Of a DNA stretch of 64,000 bases, positions 53,852-63,509 are shown piece by piece. Source of the stretch: Candidatus Nomurabacteria bacterium. GTDB taxonomy: Bacteria > Patescibacteriota > Minisyncoccia > Phycocordibacterales > UBA9973. Positions within the stretch are counted from its first letter, which is position 1; each line of letters starts with the position of its first letter. The position numbers were made by a program, and so were the translations under genes. The DNA is taken from positions 106,908 through 170,907 of the forward strand of contig JACQGC010000004.1 in assembly GCA_016199805.1 (NCBI GenBank), given 5' to 3'. The notes beneath the pieces were generated by a model. That model was not told the origin of the DNA, ran no database searches, and worked only from the letters and a program-made list of their open reading frames with translations.

Positions 53852-55741
53852 ATGCATCCCGGGCTAAAATCTTGGCGGAACCTTGTCATCTATGCTTTTA
53901 ACGCTTTTTCCATACCGCTACTTCTAAAGACTCTAATTTCTCCATGGAAGATGGACGGCAGCGCCACCGGGCACTTGTCGATTTTTGAGAGGTTGGTTTT
54001 TGCCATATTCTCTCGGGTTTTGGGTTTGGTGGCCCGAATTTTTCTCATAGTTCTCGGTTTGGTTTTTACTTTAATTATTATTCTGACTTTCCCAATCTTC
54101 TTGGTTTTGCCGATAAATATCAGTCGGGAAACTTTGCAAAGTTTCGGCAGTTTTGGCGCTTCACTTTCTTATGGCGACACTTTTACATTAAATAAACACA
54201 GCCGCGACGTCGTGCTTTTCTCCGCCCAAAAAATTTACGGTAAAGAAAAAGCTCTGCGCATGATTGAGCGGGGACTTTCCAGAGATACCAACCACAACAT
54301 GCTCTTGGTGGGAGACACGGGCATAGGTAAGTCGACCCTGATTTCTTATCTCGGGCTCCTCGGGCAGTCCGGCTTGTCTTTCCCGGGCATTCATAATCAT
54401 AGAGTGGTGGAGCTGATGATTGAAGGTCTTTCGGTTCCGGATTTTGAGAAGTGCTTGAAAGAAGCAGCCGGAGCGGGTAATATAATTTTGGTCATCGAAA
54501 ACATACACGCATATGAATCAATATATGAAAAACTCATGCCATCTCTCGATATGCGCCACCTGGGCATCATCGTGACCACCGATTTGTCCGATTACGACAG
54601 AGTGCTGAAAAATCATCCGGAATTTCTTTCGAAGTTTGGAAAAGTCGACATAGAAGAAACATCCGAAGCCGACACTGTGGCAATCTTGAAGAATAACGCT
54701 CGCTTACTTCGGATGAAAATCAAGCCGGATGCCATTTTGGAAATTGTGAAACTGTCCGACCGGCTGATTGCCAACATTCCGGAACCGGCCAAGTCGCTTT
54801 CCGTTTTGTCGGAACTTCAAACGTTAAAGAAAACTATCACTATCGATGATGTCAGGCAGATAATCTCCGACAAAACAAATGTCCCGATTGGAGCCATCGG
54901 CGCCGACGAGAGAAAAGTGCTGATAGGGCTGGAAGTTTCAATGCGGGAAAAAATTGTCGGGCAAGACGAAGCCGTGAAAGACGTGTCCGAAGCTCTGCGC
55001 CGATTGCGTACCGGAGTGGCTGACCACAGCAAGCCAGCCGGGAGTTTTCTTTTCTTGGGTCCGACGGGTGTGGGCAAGACATATACCGCTAAAATCTTGG
55101 CGGAAAGTTATTTTGGCCGGAAAAACGCGATGATTCGTTTTGATATGAGTGAATTTTCCCTGCCGGGCTCCGTGGATGTATTTGTGGACAGACTCTCGGC
55201 GGTGATAGAAGAAGCGCCACTCTCGCTTGTGTTCTTTGATGAACTCGAAAAGGCCAATTCCTCTATTCACAATTTGCTCCTGCAGGTGCTAGACGAAGGA
55301 CGCCTGACCAGAAATTCTGGGCGAGAAGCCAGCTTTAAAGACAGTATCATCATCGCCACTTCCAATGCCGGCAGCGCGGATATTATCGCCAGCCCAAACA
55401 TTGATAAAAAAGTTTTGATAAATGGTTTGATAAAAAGGGGAGTGTTCGCGCCGGAATTTTTAAACAGGTTCAATGACATCGTGCTTTTCAAACCCCTCAA
55501 TCAGGATGAAGCGAGAAAGATTGCCTCCTTGATGCTCTCCGAGTTTGCCGAGAGGCTTTTGGAGGATAAAAAAATCACTTTGGTCATCACTGATGCATTG
55601 ATTGATAAAATTTCCGCGGCGGGTTTTGACCCGGAGTTTGGAGCCAGACCCATCAAACGGGCCATGGAAGAAATTGTCGAAAATAAAGTGGCGGAATACA
55701 TAATGGCGGGGAACAGCGAAGGTAGCTTGAAGATACTGTAA
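53852..55741 (+). CDS. ClpA/ClpB/ClpC-family double-AAA+ ATPase with N-terminal polytopic membrane domain in place of the usual N-domain
   Basis: About 3 TM in the first 100 aa; NBD1 LLVGDTGIGKSTLI; NBD2 SFLFLGPTGVGKTYTAKILAESYFG...MIRFDMSEF, highly similar to the ClpA/B D2 signature. Confidence 0.65.
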   Translation: MHPGLKSWRNLVIYAFNAFSIPLLLKTLISPWKMDGSATGHLSIFERLVFAIFSRVLGLVARIFLIVLGLVFTLIIILTFPIFLVLPINISRETLQSFGSFGASLSYGDTFTLNKHSRDVVLFSAQKIYGKEKALRMIERGLSRDTNHNMLLVGDTGIGKSTLISYLGLLGQSGLSFPGIHNHRVVELMIEGLSVPDFEKCLKEAAGAGNIILVIENIHAYESIYEKLMPSLDMRHLGIIVTTDLSDYDRVLKNHPEFLSKFGKVDIEETSEADTVAILKNNARLLRMKIKPDAILEIVKLSDRLIANIPEPAKSLSVLSELQTLKKTITIDDVRQIISDKTNVPIGAIGADERKVLIGLEVSMREKIVGQDEAVKDVSEALRRLRTGVADHSKPAGSFLFLGPTGVGKTYTAKILAESYFGRKNAMIRFDMSEFSLPGSVDVFVDRLSAVIEEAPLSLVFFDELEKANSSIHNLLLQVLDEGRLTRNSGREASFKDSIIIATSNAGSADIIASPNIDKKVLINGLIKRGVFAPEFLNRFNDIVLFKPLNQDEARKIASLMLSEFAERLLEDKKITLVITDALIDKISAAGFDPEFGARPIKRAMEEIVENKVAEYIMAGNSEGSLKIL

Positions 55742-55786
55742 AAAAGAGTATAGTGGGGGTATTAATATTAAATCGGATATAAAAAT

Positions 55787-56056
55787 ATGAGTATGGAAAA
55801 TGTACCACAGCCATTCGGTCAGAAAGTTAAACATTTTTTGGGTATGGATTTTAAAGCTAGAAAAGATGCTGATAGAAGAAAAGAGCTAGAAACGAAATTA
55901 GCAACTGCTAAAAAATGGCTTTTATCTTCGGATTATAGTGGGCAAAGAGATTCATCTGACACCGGAGGTGGCAGTGTAAATAGTAACATCGTAGAAGGAT
56001 ATAAAAAGGAAATTTTTGATTTGGAAAAAGAGTTAGGTGAACTAAATAAAAATTAA
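55787..56056 (+). CDS. Small hypothetical protein
   Basis: 89 aa ORF between the Clp ATPase and convergent clpP; 4-nt overlap with the clpP stop. Confidence 0.35.
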   Translation: MSMENVPQPFGQKVKHFLGMDFKARKDADRRKELETKLATAKKWLLSSDYSGQRDSSDTGGGSVNSNIVEGYKKEIFDLEKELGELNKN

Positions 56057-56658
56057 TCTTCTCTCTTTTTCTCCGGAGCTTTGGATTTGGTGACTATTTC
56101 GTCTATGATGCCGTATTTTTTGGATTCTTCGGCGTCCATAAAGAAATCCCTTTCTACGTCTTTTTCTATTTGAGCTAAAGGCTTGCCGGTATTTTTGGCG
56201 AGTAATTTATTTAAATTATCTCTGGTCTTCAGAATGTGCTTGGCAGTGATGGCGATATCTGTGGCCTGGCCCTCCACTCCACCCATCGGCTGGTGAATCA
56301 TCACTTCGGCATTTGGAAGAATAAATCTTTTTCCTTTTTTGCCGGCAGATAAAACAATAGCCGCGCCGGAAGCGGCTAGACCCACGCAGAAAGTGGAAAT
56401 ATCCGGGCGCACGTGGTTCATCGTGTCTACGATGGCCATAGTGCTGGTGACGGAACCGCCGGGGGAGTTGATATAAAGATAAATATCTTTTTTAGAATCT
56501 TCGGATTCGAGGAACAAGAGCTGGGCGATGACGATATTCGCCGTGTCGTCATCTATCGCTCCGGCCAGGAAAACGATCCGCTCGCGCAAAAGACGCGAGT
56601 AAATATCATAAGCTCTTTCTCCAAACTGTGATTTTTCTATAACTGTGGGGATTAACAT
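56053..56658 (-). CDS. clpP: ATP-dependent Clp protease proteolytic subunit
   Basis: [31 protein letters not shown], catalytic S (GGSVTS), H and D regions. The track ORF start (56748) is an artefactual extension through the GC palindromic element; Met at 56658 matches the ClpP N-terminus. Confidence 0.85.
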   Translation of the reverse strand: MLIPTVIEKSQFGERAYDIYSRLLRERIVFLAGAIDDDTANIVIAQLLFLESEDSKKDIYLYINSPGGSVTSTMAIVDTMNHVRPDISTFCVGLAASGAAIVLSAGKKGKRFILPNAEVMIHQPMGGVEGQATDIAITAKHILKTRDNLNKLLAKNTGKPLAQIEKDVERDFFMDAEESKKYGIIDEIVTKSKAPEKKRED

Positions 56659-56701
56659 AATGAGTATTATAGCAAAAATTTTAGTTTTTTCAAATACAAG
56701 A

Positions 56702-56835
56702 GCCTCACCCCTGACCCCTCTCCAGAGTACTGGCGAGGGGGAATACAACCCCCTGAATCCCCCTTGTCAGGGGGACTGAAATCCACGAAGTATTTTTCCT
56801 CCCCTGACAAGGGGAGGCCGGGAGGGGTTGTATTT
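56702..56835. repeat. Composite GC-rich palindromic element (type B followed by type A) between clpP and tig
   Basis: cctcacccctgacccctctccagagtactggcgaggggg...cccccttgtcaggggga...cctcccctgacaaggggagg...gggaggggttgta. Confidence 0.55.
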
Positions 56836-56841
56836 CTTCTT

Positions 56842-57891
56842 TTATTGATTCTCCAAAAACTGGAAGATTTTTTCGTTGGTGAGGACGTTCTCGGCGTGCG
56901 TTTCCGCCCTTTGCGGGTCCGCGTCTTTATATTGTTCCAATATCATGGCGACTTCTTGCGCCACTTGTTCTTTGTCCGCTTCTATTTTTTCTTCCTTGGC
57001 TATTTCATTCAAAATGAGCGCCAGCTTGGCTTTTTTCTCGGCATCAGCACGAAAGTCTTTTTGTAAATCTTCTTTGGTTTTATTCAAGTGCTTCAAATAG
57101 TCCTCGAATTTCAGGCCCATCTGGGTGATGTCGGACTCCATGCGGTACAAAATTTTGTCCAGTTCAATATTCACCAAGATTTCCGGCAACTCCAAAGTGC
57201 TTTCGTCTATTATTTTCTCAATAATTTTCAGACGAGTTTTTTCTTTGAGGGCATTTTCTTTTTCCAGTTTGATATTGGCCTTCAATTTTTCCTTGAAGTC
57301 TGCCACGTTCTCGAATGGGCCAAGAGCCTGTACAAAATCATCGTTGAATTCCGGAAGTTCAGGTTCAAGATGAACTTCGCCTTCTTTGTGTTCATGCTCG
57401 GCGATGTTTACTTTGGGAGCGCGGGATTTACGGATATCCATTACGGTATTTTCCACGTCTTCGGGAGTGACTTCCACGTTTTTCTCTTCGTCGGTGATGG
57501 AGGAGATCATTTCCTTGGCCACTTTTTTATAATCGGGAAGTTTTATCCCCGGCATAACGGCGGTTTTTATTTTGAAGCCGAGAGGGTTTTTGCGCGCGAG
57601 TTTGATGATGGAAATTTCCGGTCGGCTGATGGCATCTATTTTTTCATCGGCGATAATTTTCGGATAATATTCTGCCAGAGCCATCTCGGCCATTTCTTCC
57701 AAGATACTGATTTCCGGAACATTGGACAGTAAAACACTTTCCGGAACTTTACCCGGCCTAAATCCGTCCAGTTTTACATTTTCGCCTATCTTTTTAAGCG
57801 CAGCAGAATAATAAGATTCGAATTTCTCTGCGTCTATTTCACCTTCAATTTCTACTTCGCTATTGGGAAGTTTCTTGACTGTTATTTGCAT
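56842..57891 (-). CDS. tig: Trigger factor (short form, 349 aa)
   Basis: N-terminal ribosome-binding domain MQITVKKLPNSEVEIEGEIDAE...GFRPGKVP. Confidence 0.75.
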   Translation of the reverse strand: MQITVKKLPNSEVEIEGEIDAEKFESYYSAALKKIGENVKLDGFRPGKVPESVLLSNVPEISILEEMAEMALAEYYPKIIADEKIDAISRPEISIIKLARKNPLGFKIKTAVMPGIKLPDYKKVAKEMISSITDEEKNVEVTPEDVENTVMDIRKSRAPKVNIAEHEHKEGEVHLEPELPEFNDDFVQALGPFENVADFKEKLKANIKLEKENALKEKTRLKIIEKIIDESTLELPEILVNIELDKILYRMESDITQMGLKFEDYLKHLNKTKEDLQKDFRADAEKKAKLALILNEIAKEEKIEADKEQVAQEVAMILEQYKDADPQRAETHAENVLTNEKIFQFLENQ

Positions 57892-57895
57892 ATAT

Positions 57896-59908
57896 TTATA
57901 TCAATAAAATAACTATGAGTAAGGCCACGATGTTCAAGATTTTTATCATCGGGTTGATGGCTGGGCCGGCAGTATCTTTGTATGGGTCGCCGACGGTGTC
58001 TCCGGTCACAGCGGCCTTGTGGGCATCACTGCCTTTGCCTCCATGGTTTCCACCTTCAATGTATTTCTTGGCATTGTCCCAAGCGCCTCCGCCGGAGGTC
58101 ATAGAGATAGCCACGAAGAGCCCGGTCACGATTGAGCCGACGAGCAGTCCGCCCAACACAACCAAACCTTTTTCTTTTCCAAAAATTAAAACGACGAGAA
58201 TCGGAGCAAGTACCGGAATCAAAGCTGGTAATATCATTTGCTTGATGGCGGCGCCGGTGATGATGGAAACGGCCTTGGCGTAATCCGGTTTTGCTTTTCC
58301 TTCCATGATGCCTTTTATTTCTCTGAATTGTCGGCGGATTTCTTCCACGACTTTTCCGGCAGTTTTTCCCACGGCTTCCATGCAGAGCGCGCCGAAATAA
58401 TATGGCAAGAGTCCTCCCAAGAAGAGTCCGACGATGACATAAGGATTACTCAAATCAAAAGTGATACTTTTCCCGGCCTTGATAATTTCTTCAGTGTAAG
58501 AAGCGAAGAGCACAAGAGCGGCAAGTCCGGCAGAACCGATGGCGTAACCCTTGGTCACAGCCTTGGTGGTGTTGCCTACGGCATCGAGTGGGTCGGTGAC
58601 ATCGCGAACCTCTTTTGGCAATTCGGCCATTTCGGCGATACCTCCAGCGTTGTCGGTGATGGGCCCATAGGCATCGATAGCTACAATGATTCCGGTCATC
58701 GAGAGCATGCTCATAGCGGCTACGGCGATACCATAAAGTCCGCCGTATGTGTAACTAATTAATATTCCAACAACGATAGTAATCAAAGGCAGAGCGGTAG
58801 ATTTCATGGAAATAGCCAAACCTTGGATGACGTTTGTGCCGTGTCCGGATACGGATGCTTCCGCGATAGATTTAACAGGATAGTATTTTGTAGAAGTAAA
58901 ATATTCGGTGATGACTACGAGTGCTCCGGTGACCAAAAGGCCAACCAGAGAACAAATAAATAAATCCATTACGGAATATTTTCCATTTCCGGACATAAGC
59001 ATATTGGTGATAGGGTAGAAAGCGATAGCGGCGATGACTCCAGCGGCAATGAGGCCTTTGTACAAAGCCCCCATGATATTTTGTTTTTTACCGAGGCGTA
59101 CAAACCAAGTGCCGATGATGGAGGCGAAGATTGCCATCCCGCCGATAGCCAGAGGATAGAGAACTGCATTTTCAAAACCGGCAAAAAGAAGTGAACCTAA
59201 AAGCATTGTCGCCACAGAAGTAACTGCGTAAGTTTCAAAAAGGTCCGCGGCCATGCCAGCACAGTCTCCTACATTGTCTCCTACATTGTCGGCGATAACT
59301 CCCGGATTTCTTGGGTCATCTTCGGGAATTCCGGCTTCAAGTTTACCCACCAAATCTGCGCCGACATCGGCTGCTTTAGTGAAAATTCCACCACCGAGTC
59401 TGGCAAATACGGAAATGAGTGATGCGCCGAAACCAAGTCCGACGAGAGCGGTAACGTCATGAGTAATAGCATAAAAAGCCGATACGCCGAGAAGAGCCAG
59501 TCCGACTACCAAGAGTCCGGTCACAGTTCCTCCTTTAAAAGCTAGAGAAAGTGCTTCATTTATTCCACCACGAGCAGCTTCAGCGGTGCGTACGTTTGCG
59601 CGGACAGATACGTTCATACCGATGTATCCGGCCAAAGCAGAGAAGACAGCGCCGACTAAAAATCCGAAAGCCATTGTCCAGCCGAGCTTGGGAACGAGTC
59701 CGACGATGAAGAAGAGAACCACGGCAATCATGCCGATGGTTTTATATTGTTTATTTAAATAAGCGCCCGCGCCCTCTTGGATAGCTTTGGCTATTTCTTG
59801 CATCCGCGCATTCCCGGCGCTCTTTTTTAAAATAGACTTTGCTAAAAACAAACCGTAAACAATAGACAGAACAGCACTAATTATTGCAAACAATAAAAAT
59901 GTATTCAT
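57896..59908 (-). CDS. hppA: Membrane-bound proton/sodium-translocating pyrophosphatase
   Basis: [22 protein letters not shown] and other V-PPase motifs, about 15 TM. Start set at MNTFLL (59908); the track ORF extends through element E via TTG/ATG. Confidence 0.85.
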   Translation of the reverse strand: MNTFLLFAIISAVLSIVYGLFLAKSILKKSAGNARMQEIAKAIQEGAGAYLNKQYKTIGMIAVVLFFIVGLVPKLGWTMAFGFLVGAVFSALAGYIGMNVSVRANVRTAEAARGGINEALSLAFKGGTVTGLLVVGLALLGVSAFYAITHDVTALVGLGFGASLISVFARLGGGIFTKAADVGADLVGKLEAGIPEDDPRNPGVIADNVGDNVGDCAGMAADLFETYAVTSVATMLLGSLLFAGFENAVLYPLAIGGMAIFASIIGTWFVRLGKKQNIMGALYKGLIAAGVIAAIAFYPITNMLMSGNGKYSVMDLFICSLVGLLVTGALVVITEYFTSTKYYPVKSIAEASVSGHGTNVIQGLAISMKSTALPLITIVVGILISYTYGGLYGIAVAAMSMLSMTGIIVAIDAYGPITDNAGGIAEMAELPKEVRDVTDPLDAVGNTTKAVTKGYAIGSAGLAALVLFASYTEEIIKAGKSITFDLSNPYVIVGLFLGGLLPYYFGALCMEAVGKTAGKVVEEIRRQFREIKGIMEGKAKPDYAKAVSIITGAAIKQMILPALIPVLAPILVVLIFGKEKGLVVLGGLLVGSIVTGLFVAISMTSGGGAWDNAKKYIEGGNHGGKGSDAHKAAVTGDTVGDPYKDTAGPAINPMIKILNIVALLIVILLI

Positions 59909-59910
59909 TT

Positions 59911-59955
59911 GATTTTGCGAAATCATGCCGCGCAATCGTCCATTAAAGCGCGGCG
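59911..59955 (-). promoter_or_regulatory. Start-proximal element E copy at hppA
   Basis: mRNA strand: cgccgcgctttaatggacgattgcgcggcATGATTTCGCAAAATCAAatgaat. Confidence 0.5.
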
Positions 59956-59971
59956 TTTAATTAATAATAAT

Positions 59972-61168
59972 TTATTCCTCTTCTTTTGCTTCTTCTGCTA
60001 CTTTTTCTTCTGTCGCCGATGTTTCGTCTCCTTTTATATCTATTCTCCAGCCGGTCAGCTTGGCGGCCAAGCGAACATTTTGTCCGCCTTTGCCGATGGC
60101 GAGTGAGAGCTGGTCGTTGCCCACTTCCACTGTCGCCTTGTGTTCTTTTTCATCAATTTCTATAGAGATGACTTTGGCCGGGGAAAGAGCGTTGGAAACA
60201 AAAACTTTTGGGTCTACAGACCAAGGAATTATATCAATTTTTTCTCCGGAAAGCTCACTGGTGATGGTGTTTACTCGGGTGCCTTTTTGTCCGACACAAG
60301 AACCCACGGCATCTATATGTTCGTCGTTAGAAAATACCGCTATCTTGGAGCGGGCGCCGGCTTCACGGGCCACCGCTTTTATTTCCACCACGCCGTTTTC
60401 AATTTCCGGAGCTTCCAGAGCGAAAAGTTTTTCTATAAATTTTGGATGAGTGCGGGAAAGACGCAAATTTATGCCCCGAGGAGAATCTTCCACGCTAAAG
60501 AGGTAAGCTCTCACTCTGCGGCCCCGTTCCCAATATTCGCCGGGAATTTGTTCTTCGGCTCCCAGGATACCTGTGGCCCGGTTGAAATCTATGTAAACAT
60601 TGCCCCTCTCCACTTTTTGGACCACACCGGAAACCACTTCGCCTTCTTTGGTGCCGTATTCATCTATGATGGAAGTACGTTCCGCTTCACGGATTTTCTG
60701 GATGATGACTTGCTTGGCTGTCTGTGCGGCGATGCGTCCGTAATCATCTTTGGCTTCGAGCGGGAAAATAATTTCATCGTTCAGCTCTACCCCTTTTTTT
60801 ATTTTCTTGGCATCTTCGAGGAGGATGTGGTGCTCGCTGTTAAAATGCACGCGTTCGTCTGTGTTTTCTTTGAGTGAATACTCACCCCCTCCTTTCTCCT
60901 CCCCCTTAGTAAGGGGGAGGCCGGGTAGGGGTCTTTCTCCGTCCATTATGGCGATACTTTCATCCACAACTATTTTTACCTGGAAAAAATCCGTTTTGCC
61001 TGTCTCCATGTCAAACTTGGCGCGGACAATTTGTCCTTTTTTGCCGTAATCTTTCTTGTAGGCGGCGGCCATAGCTTGCTCGATGGCTTCCAATATTTTT
61101 TCCTTAGGAATCTTCCTCTCTTCCTCTAATTGCTCTAACGCTGACTTGAATGTTTTTATATCTAACAT
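59972..61168 (-). CDS. nusA: Transcription termination/antitermination factor NusA (with in-frame GC palindromic insert encoding KGEEKGGGEYS)
   Basis: S1 domain and two KH domains (GQNVRLAAKLTGWRIDIK). Confidence 0.85.
   Translation of the reverse strand: MLDIKTFKSALEQLEEERKIPKEKILEAIEQAMAAAYKKDYGKKGQIVRAKFDMETGKTDFFQVKIVVDESIAIMDGERPLPGLPLTKGEEKGGGEYSLKENTDERVHFNSEHHILLEDAKKIKKGVELNDEIIFPLEAKDDYGRIAAQTAKQVIIQKIREAERTSIIDEYGTKEGEVVSGVVQKVERGNVYIDFNRATGILGAEEQIPGEYWERGRRVRAYLFSVEDSPRGINLRLSRTHPKFIEKLFALEAPEIENGVVEIKAVAREAGARSKIAVFSNDEHIDAVGSCVGQKGTRVNTITSELSGEKIDIIPWSVDPKVFVSNALSPAKVISIEIDEKEHKATVEVGNDQLSLAIGKGGQNVRLAAKLTGWRIDIKGDETSATEEKVAEEAKEEE
60881..60940. repeat. In-frame GC-rich palindromic insert within nusA
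   Basis: ctcaccccctcctttctcctcccccttagtaagggggaggccgggtagggg. Confidence 0.5.
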
Positions 61169-61170
61169 GT

Positions 61171-61219
61171 GATTTGATTTTGCGAAATCATGCCGCGTAA
61201 CCGTCGATTAAACGCGGCG
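61171..61219 (-). promoter_or_regulatory. Start-proximal element E copy at nusA
   Basis: mRNA strand: cgccgcgtttaatcgacggttacgcggcATGATTTCGCAAAATCAAatcacATGtta; 45/45 identity to the pnp copy over the core. Confidence 0.5.
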
Positions 61220-61355
61220 TTATTCTATTAAATTGTTAAAACAAAAGCCCTGTTGCGACAGGACTCATACAGTGAAGATACTATCACGAATGTTGCCTTT
61301 ATGCAAACACATTATGCTATAATAACAGCGTACATTTATCAGTTAAAATATTTTT

Positions 61356-63248
61356 ATGAAATACAAAAAATTCGTCTTTTTATTAAGTTTTGTTTTGTTG
61401 GTTTTATTTGCCGTCCCGGGTTTGTCCCGCGCGACAGACTGCGCTGTGACCGCTACTTGTGGCGGAGGAAATGCTGACACTAGGGATGCAGATTTTGCTG
61501 CGGGCGGATTTGTGGCCAATATGTCTGCCTGCCAAACTATTATCGGATCTCCCTTGGCTTCTATGTTACAAACAGAAGAAGAATTAACCAGAATTAGTCC
61601 TTTTCCTCCAGAAAACGGTGGTCCAAGACCGGTTTTTCATTACAATCCAGGGCAATATTCCACACTAGCGGCTTCAGATTTATTGGCCAGTTGCTTGGGT
61701 GGGACAGCCATTGTGAGAGTTTTAGCAGATGCGTCTTCTCCTTTTGATATTCCTGCAGAACCCGACGTTATTTTTAAAGGCCTAACTTTTGATTCAGCTG
61801 AATATATAACCCTGCTTAACAGTTTGGGTAATGTGCGAGAGTGGTACTACGCTTGGATTCAACCTGGTATAAGTACGACTTCTCCCGCGACAGGAAGTTC
61901 TACCCCCTCAACTCCTTTGCCTGTTTCATCTTCGTCTTCATCTACAAGTACAAGTGCCAGCACTTCTGCTCAATCTTCTTCAGACAAAGCCATGGCCGCT
62001 TTAAATGCGCAAGTAAAGCAAGCGCAAGAAAAATACCTTAATCAAATCAGCCAGGTTATAAATGCTGTCGGCAGTACGGTTCCTTGCGGTACTAATATTT
62101 GTCCGGACTTACAACAACTTATAAATTTACAGACCCAGCTTTACCAAACCGGATCGGTTTATTCCAAGCCGATATTTACGACCAATGCCAATGGCTCTAT
62201 GCGCGTCGGTGATATCTGGAGCGTGGCTATAACTGGACTCAACCCTGGAGAAATCATTTACGGGACTGGCGGCAGAAAAACAGGTAGTGTTGTGCCAACC
62301 GACAAAACCCCATACACGGCAAATGGCCTGGGAGTTTTCTTTGAAACAGGTACTCACACCAAAGAAGTAGTCGGTGATTGGCAAATTGTTTGGACTCGCG
62401 CGAACGGTACGGTGTTGGGCACAATGACCTTCAGTGTGGCAAACAGAGTGGTAGCGGGAGTTCCCGTATCAGGTACAACCAGTGGAAACAGAGTTGAACT
62501 TCCTACGACTATCTCTTGCAGATTGACCGCTACTTGCAGTAGAGGTGACAACGCACCTACATCCTCACCTGTTCCTGGAACAAAGACCAGTAATTTTGAT
62601 TACATGTTTACAAAAAATGGCGACGCCTGGGTCATCACCTTAGACAACGTAGCTCTCGGCACACCGGCAGACCACTTCTATATTCCCGCAAGTTATTCTA
62701 TCACCGCGCTCGGCGCGTATGACCTGAATATGCAGGCCCAAAGCCGATTTAATACTGGTTCATACTTTCCGGGAACACCAGATGGAAACACATTCTACTC
62801 GCAGATGTTTGGCGCCTTTATCGCCGCTTACTATGACTGGGATAATAAAACCGGCACCAACTCGTCTTCAAACGCAACACAAACGGCAGATGTTCTGACC
62901 GCCAACGATTCTACGCTCGCCACGGTCAAAGTCGGTGATACTATAAAGTACGTGTGGAATTCTGTCGGAGGTACCAGTTACGATTCATATTATATGGCTG
63001 ACAAACCGGATACCTGTGTCGGTGGTTTTACTTCCGCTGGCACGACCAAACCATGGGTGGCAAATAGCGCAAAGGGTTCCGTGTCGGAAACAGCTCTGTC
63101 TTGCCAAGTCGGCGTGACTTACACCATCGCGTACAGGGTTCACAATGCCATTGGTTCAGATAGTCTAAAATCGGTCATCGTAGTTGTAAAAGATGCCTCC
63201 GGAGCGACAGGCGCCTGCGGCATTACCGGCACTTGCGCTACGTACTAA
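61356..63248 (+). CDS. Secreted hypothetical protein with signal peptide, Ser/Thr-rich linker and recurring (D/S)C-x-(V/L)TATC motifs
   Basis: 630 aa; MKYKKFVFLLSFVLLVLFAVPGLSRA leader; DCAVTATCGGG, SCRLTATCSRG, C-terminal GACGITGTCATY. Confidence 0.6.
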   Translation: MKYKKFVFLLSFVLLVLFAVPGLSRATDCAVTATCGGGNADTRDADFAAGGFVANMSACQTIIGSPLASMLQTEEELTRISPFPPENGGPRPVFHYNPGQYSTLAASDLLASCLGGTAIVRVLADASSPFDIPAEPDVIFKGLTFDSAEYITLLNSLGNVREWYYAWIQPGISTTSPATGSSTPSTPLPVSSSSSSTSTSASTSAQSSSDKAMAALNAQVKQAQEKYLNQISQVINAVGSTVPCGTNICPDLQQLINLQTQLYQTGSVYSKPIFTTNANGSMRVGDIWSVAITGLNPGEIIYGTGGRKTGSVVPTDKTPYTANGLGVFFETGTHTKEVVGDWQIVWTRANGTVLGTMTFSVANRVVAGVPVSGTTSGNRVELPTTISCRLTATCSRGDNAPTSSPVPGTKTSNFDYMFTKNGDAWVITLDNVALGTPADHFYIPASYSITALGAYDLNMQAQSRFNTGSYFPGTPDGNTFYSQMFGAFIAAYYDWDNKTGTNSSSNATQTADVLTANDSTLATVKVGDTIKYVWNSVGGTSYDSYYMADKPDTCVGGFTSAGTTKPWVANSAKGSVSETALSCQVGVTYTIAYRVHNAIGSDSLKSVIVVVKDASGATGACGITGTCATY

Positions 63249-63509
63249 AAAATCTGGCATAGAAACATGAATCTACAACCCAGAGCTATAATTTCCGCGA
63301 TACTCACTCGCAAAAGAAATAATCAAACATGATTTTTCTGCCATATTTTATAATCATTTTACTATTTCAACCAAAACAAGCAATGTTTTCACGTTTCTTT
63401 ACAAGTATCTATATTTATACTAGTCTCTCTAAAGACAAGGATGGGCTTTGTGGTCTGTCCCGTAATTAGTTGTTTGACAACAAAACTCAAGTAAAATAGA
63501 AAGGAAACC

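Noticed and set aside
56659-56748. N-terminal 30-aa extension of clpP, plus similar extensions of the MazF-like ORF (11069-11137) and hppA (59909-59935)
   Set aside because: The extensions are translated from GC-rich palindromic/element E DNA and precede a Met that matches the conserved family N-terminus, so the shorter starts are preferred.
14091-56835. GC-rich repeats considered as a CRISPR array
   Set aside because: Copies are dispersed over 40 kb, not regularly spaced with unique spacers, they are palindromic/terminator-like and some are in-frame inside genes. No cas genes are present.
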